From NCBI GenBank assembly GCA_965153285.1, contig OZ229115.1: a DNA stretch of 64,000 nucleotides; one strand, written 5' to 3'. This DNA is from Podarcis tiliguerta (taxonomy: Eukaryota). The notes under the pieces are model-generated. The model saw only the letters and a program-made list of their open reading frames with translations, made no database searches and had not been told where the DNA came from. This document shows, piece by piece, positions 62,738-64,000 of this stretch (positions are counted from its first letter, which is position 1; each line of letters begins with the position of its first letter). The position numbers were made by a program, and so were the translations under genes.

Positions 62738-63429
62738 ACGTTGTGTCATAAAAAGCTGATGTTATATTCATACGTATTAAAAGAGCAGCTGTTTCCAAGA
62801 CTCAAGAAGCAATAAGGACACATAGCATTCATGGGAGATTCAACTGCAAAAGTCGTTGAACTGACATTAGAAAGGATTTAGAAGTGAGAGACAAGAGAGA
62901 CAAAGAATCCAGAAGGCAAATTATCTGAGGAAATGTGGGAGAAATCATGCATTTTTTTAGTCCAGAAAAGAAAACTGAGGGAAACAGTATGAGTTTTCAG
63001 GCAGAGTTGTTCACTCCGAGAAAAGGGCAATATGTAAGGGTTAATTTATGTGAAGCATTAGGATCGACTTTCTAACTGTAAGAAACCTGATGAGGGAACA
63101 TTGGAGGTATCGGCTAAGTAATCTTCAGTTAATGCTTTAATGGTAATGCATTAGGTATAGAATATCCTGGTCTAGGGCAAAAGCTGGACCAGATGATTCA
63201 CTGGACCCCCTTCCTTTGGGAAGCAATCGGGAAGCATGATTTCTATGGGCACTTTCCAGCCTATGTTAAAGACTTTAATGCCTGATTTAAACAGCAGATT
63301 TCTCTCATTCTAATATCAAGTGAACTTTGTATATGCTTCTTTTAGGATGGATTGTGTTCCATTTATGTATTAAATTTCTTAGACACTTCTCCAGACACAT
63401 GCTGATGGTGCCCAGAAATTTGATTTTAT

Positions 63430-63770
63430 CATGTCAAGCATGTGTGATTTGCACTGACCGCTGATTAGTTTCCAGGTTCAATTCAGGATATTGGTATTAG
63501 CCACAAAGCTTTCAATGGATTGGGATGTAGGTATCTCATGGACTAGCTTTTTCAGCAGGCTTCTCTGCTCCACAAGTTGCAATCATCATCTGAGACTCTG
63601 CTGCAGGTCCTACAGCCTAATGAGGTGAAGGTAGTGTCAGCTAGGCTTAGGGCTTTTCCCCATGTAGCACCCACCCTATGGAATGTCCTGACAAAAGAGA
63701 AATGTTAAGCTCCTTCACTGTATTATTTCAAGTGTCTGGTGAAGTCATGATTTTGTTATAGGGATTTTGG
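63430..63770 (+). mobile_element. Degraded L2-clade LINE 3' fragment
   Basis: Decayed LH.PLISFQVQFRILVL..KAFNGLG.RYL and RAF..VAPTLWN.L motifs. Confidence 0.6.
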
Positions 63771-64000
63771 CTTATTAAAAAGCTTTTGTAACGGCTTAGG
63801 TTATGTCTATTTATTGACTGTTGGGATTTGTTGACTTGTGGTTTGCTGTATTGGATTTAGTTCAGAGTGTTCTTGTATTATTATTTAATATGTTGAATGG
63901 CCTTTCGTTTATTTGGAAAATAACATGTGGTGAATGCTACTAACAGTGACAATCTTTTAAAAACCAGTATAGAAGCAAAGTTGAAATATAATAAATATAC

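Overview
Vertebrate genomic DNA, most likely from a squamate (probably lacertid) lizard, judged from Sauria SINE, BovB, CR1/L2, Rex1, Penelope and MITE repeats. The window holds one complete protein-coding gene, KDM4A (JMJD2A histone H3K9/H3K36 demethylase), on the + strand. It has a CpG-island promoter (~24.9-26.1 kb), a probable non-coding exon 1 ending at 25556, and 21 GT-AG coding exons from ATG 26882 to TAG 46871. The exons splice in frame to 3159 nt (1052 aa; JmjN-JmjC-PHD-Zn knuckle-PHD-double Tudor), followed by a possibly ~6 kb 3' UTR. The flanks are repeat-rich intergenic DNA. The most notable accessory structures are an internally deleted chromoviral Gypsy element with intact TSD and chromodomain (14875-16743), a nested palindrome (10082-10472), a Penelope-type terminus carrying a minimal hammerhead ribozyme core (61137-61173, - strand), and a strong-Kozak internal Met at the start of exon 12. 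Most of the supplied short ORFs are spurious. I found no clearly new biological system; the findings below are candidates to test. Comparisons to human KDM4A are from memory, not from an alignment.
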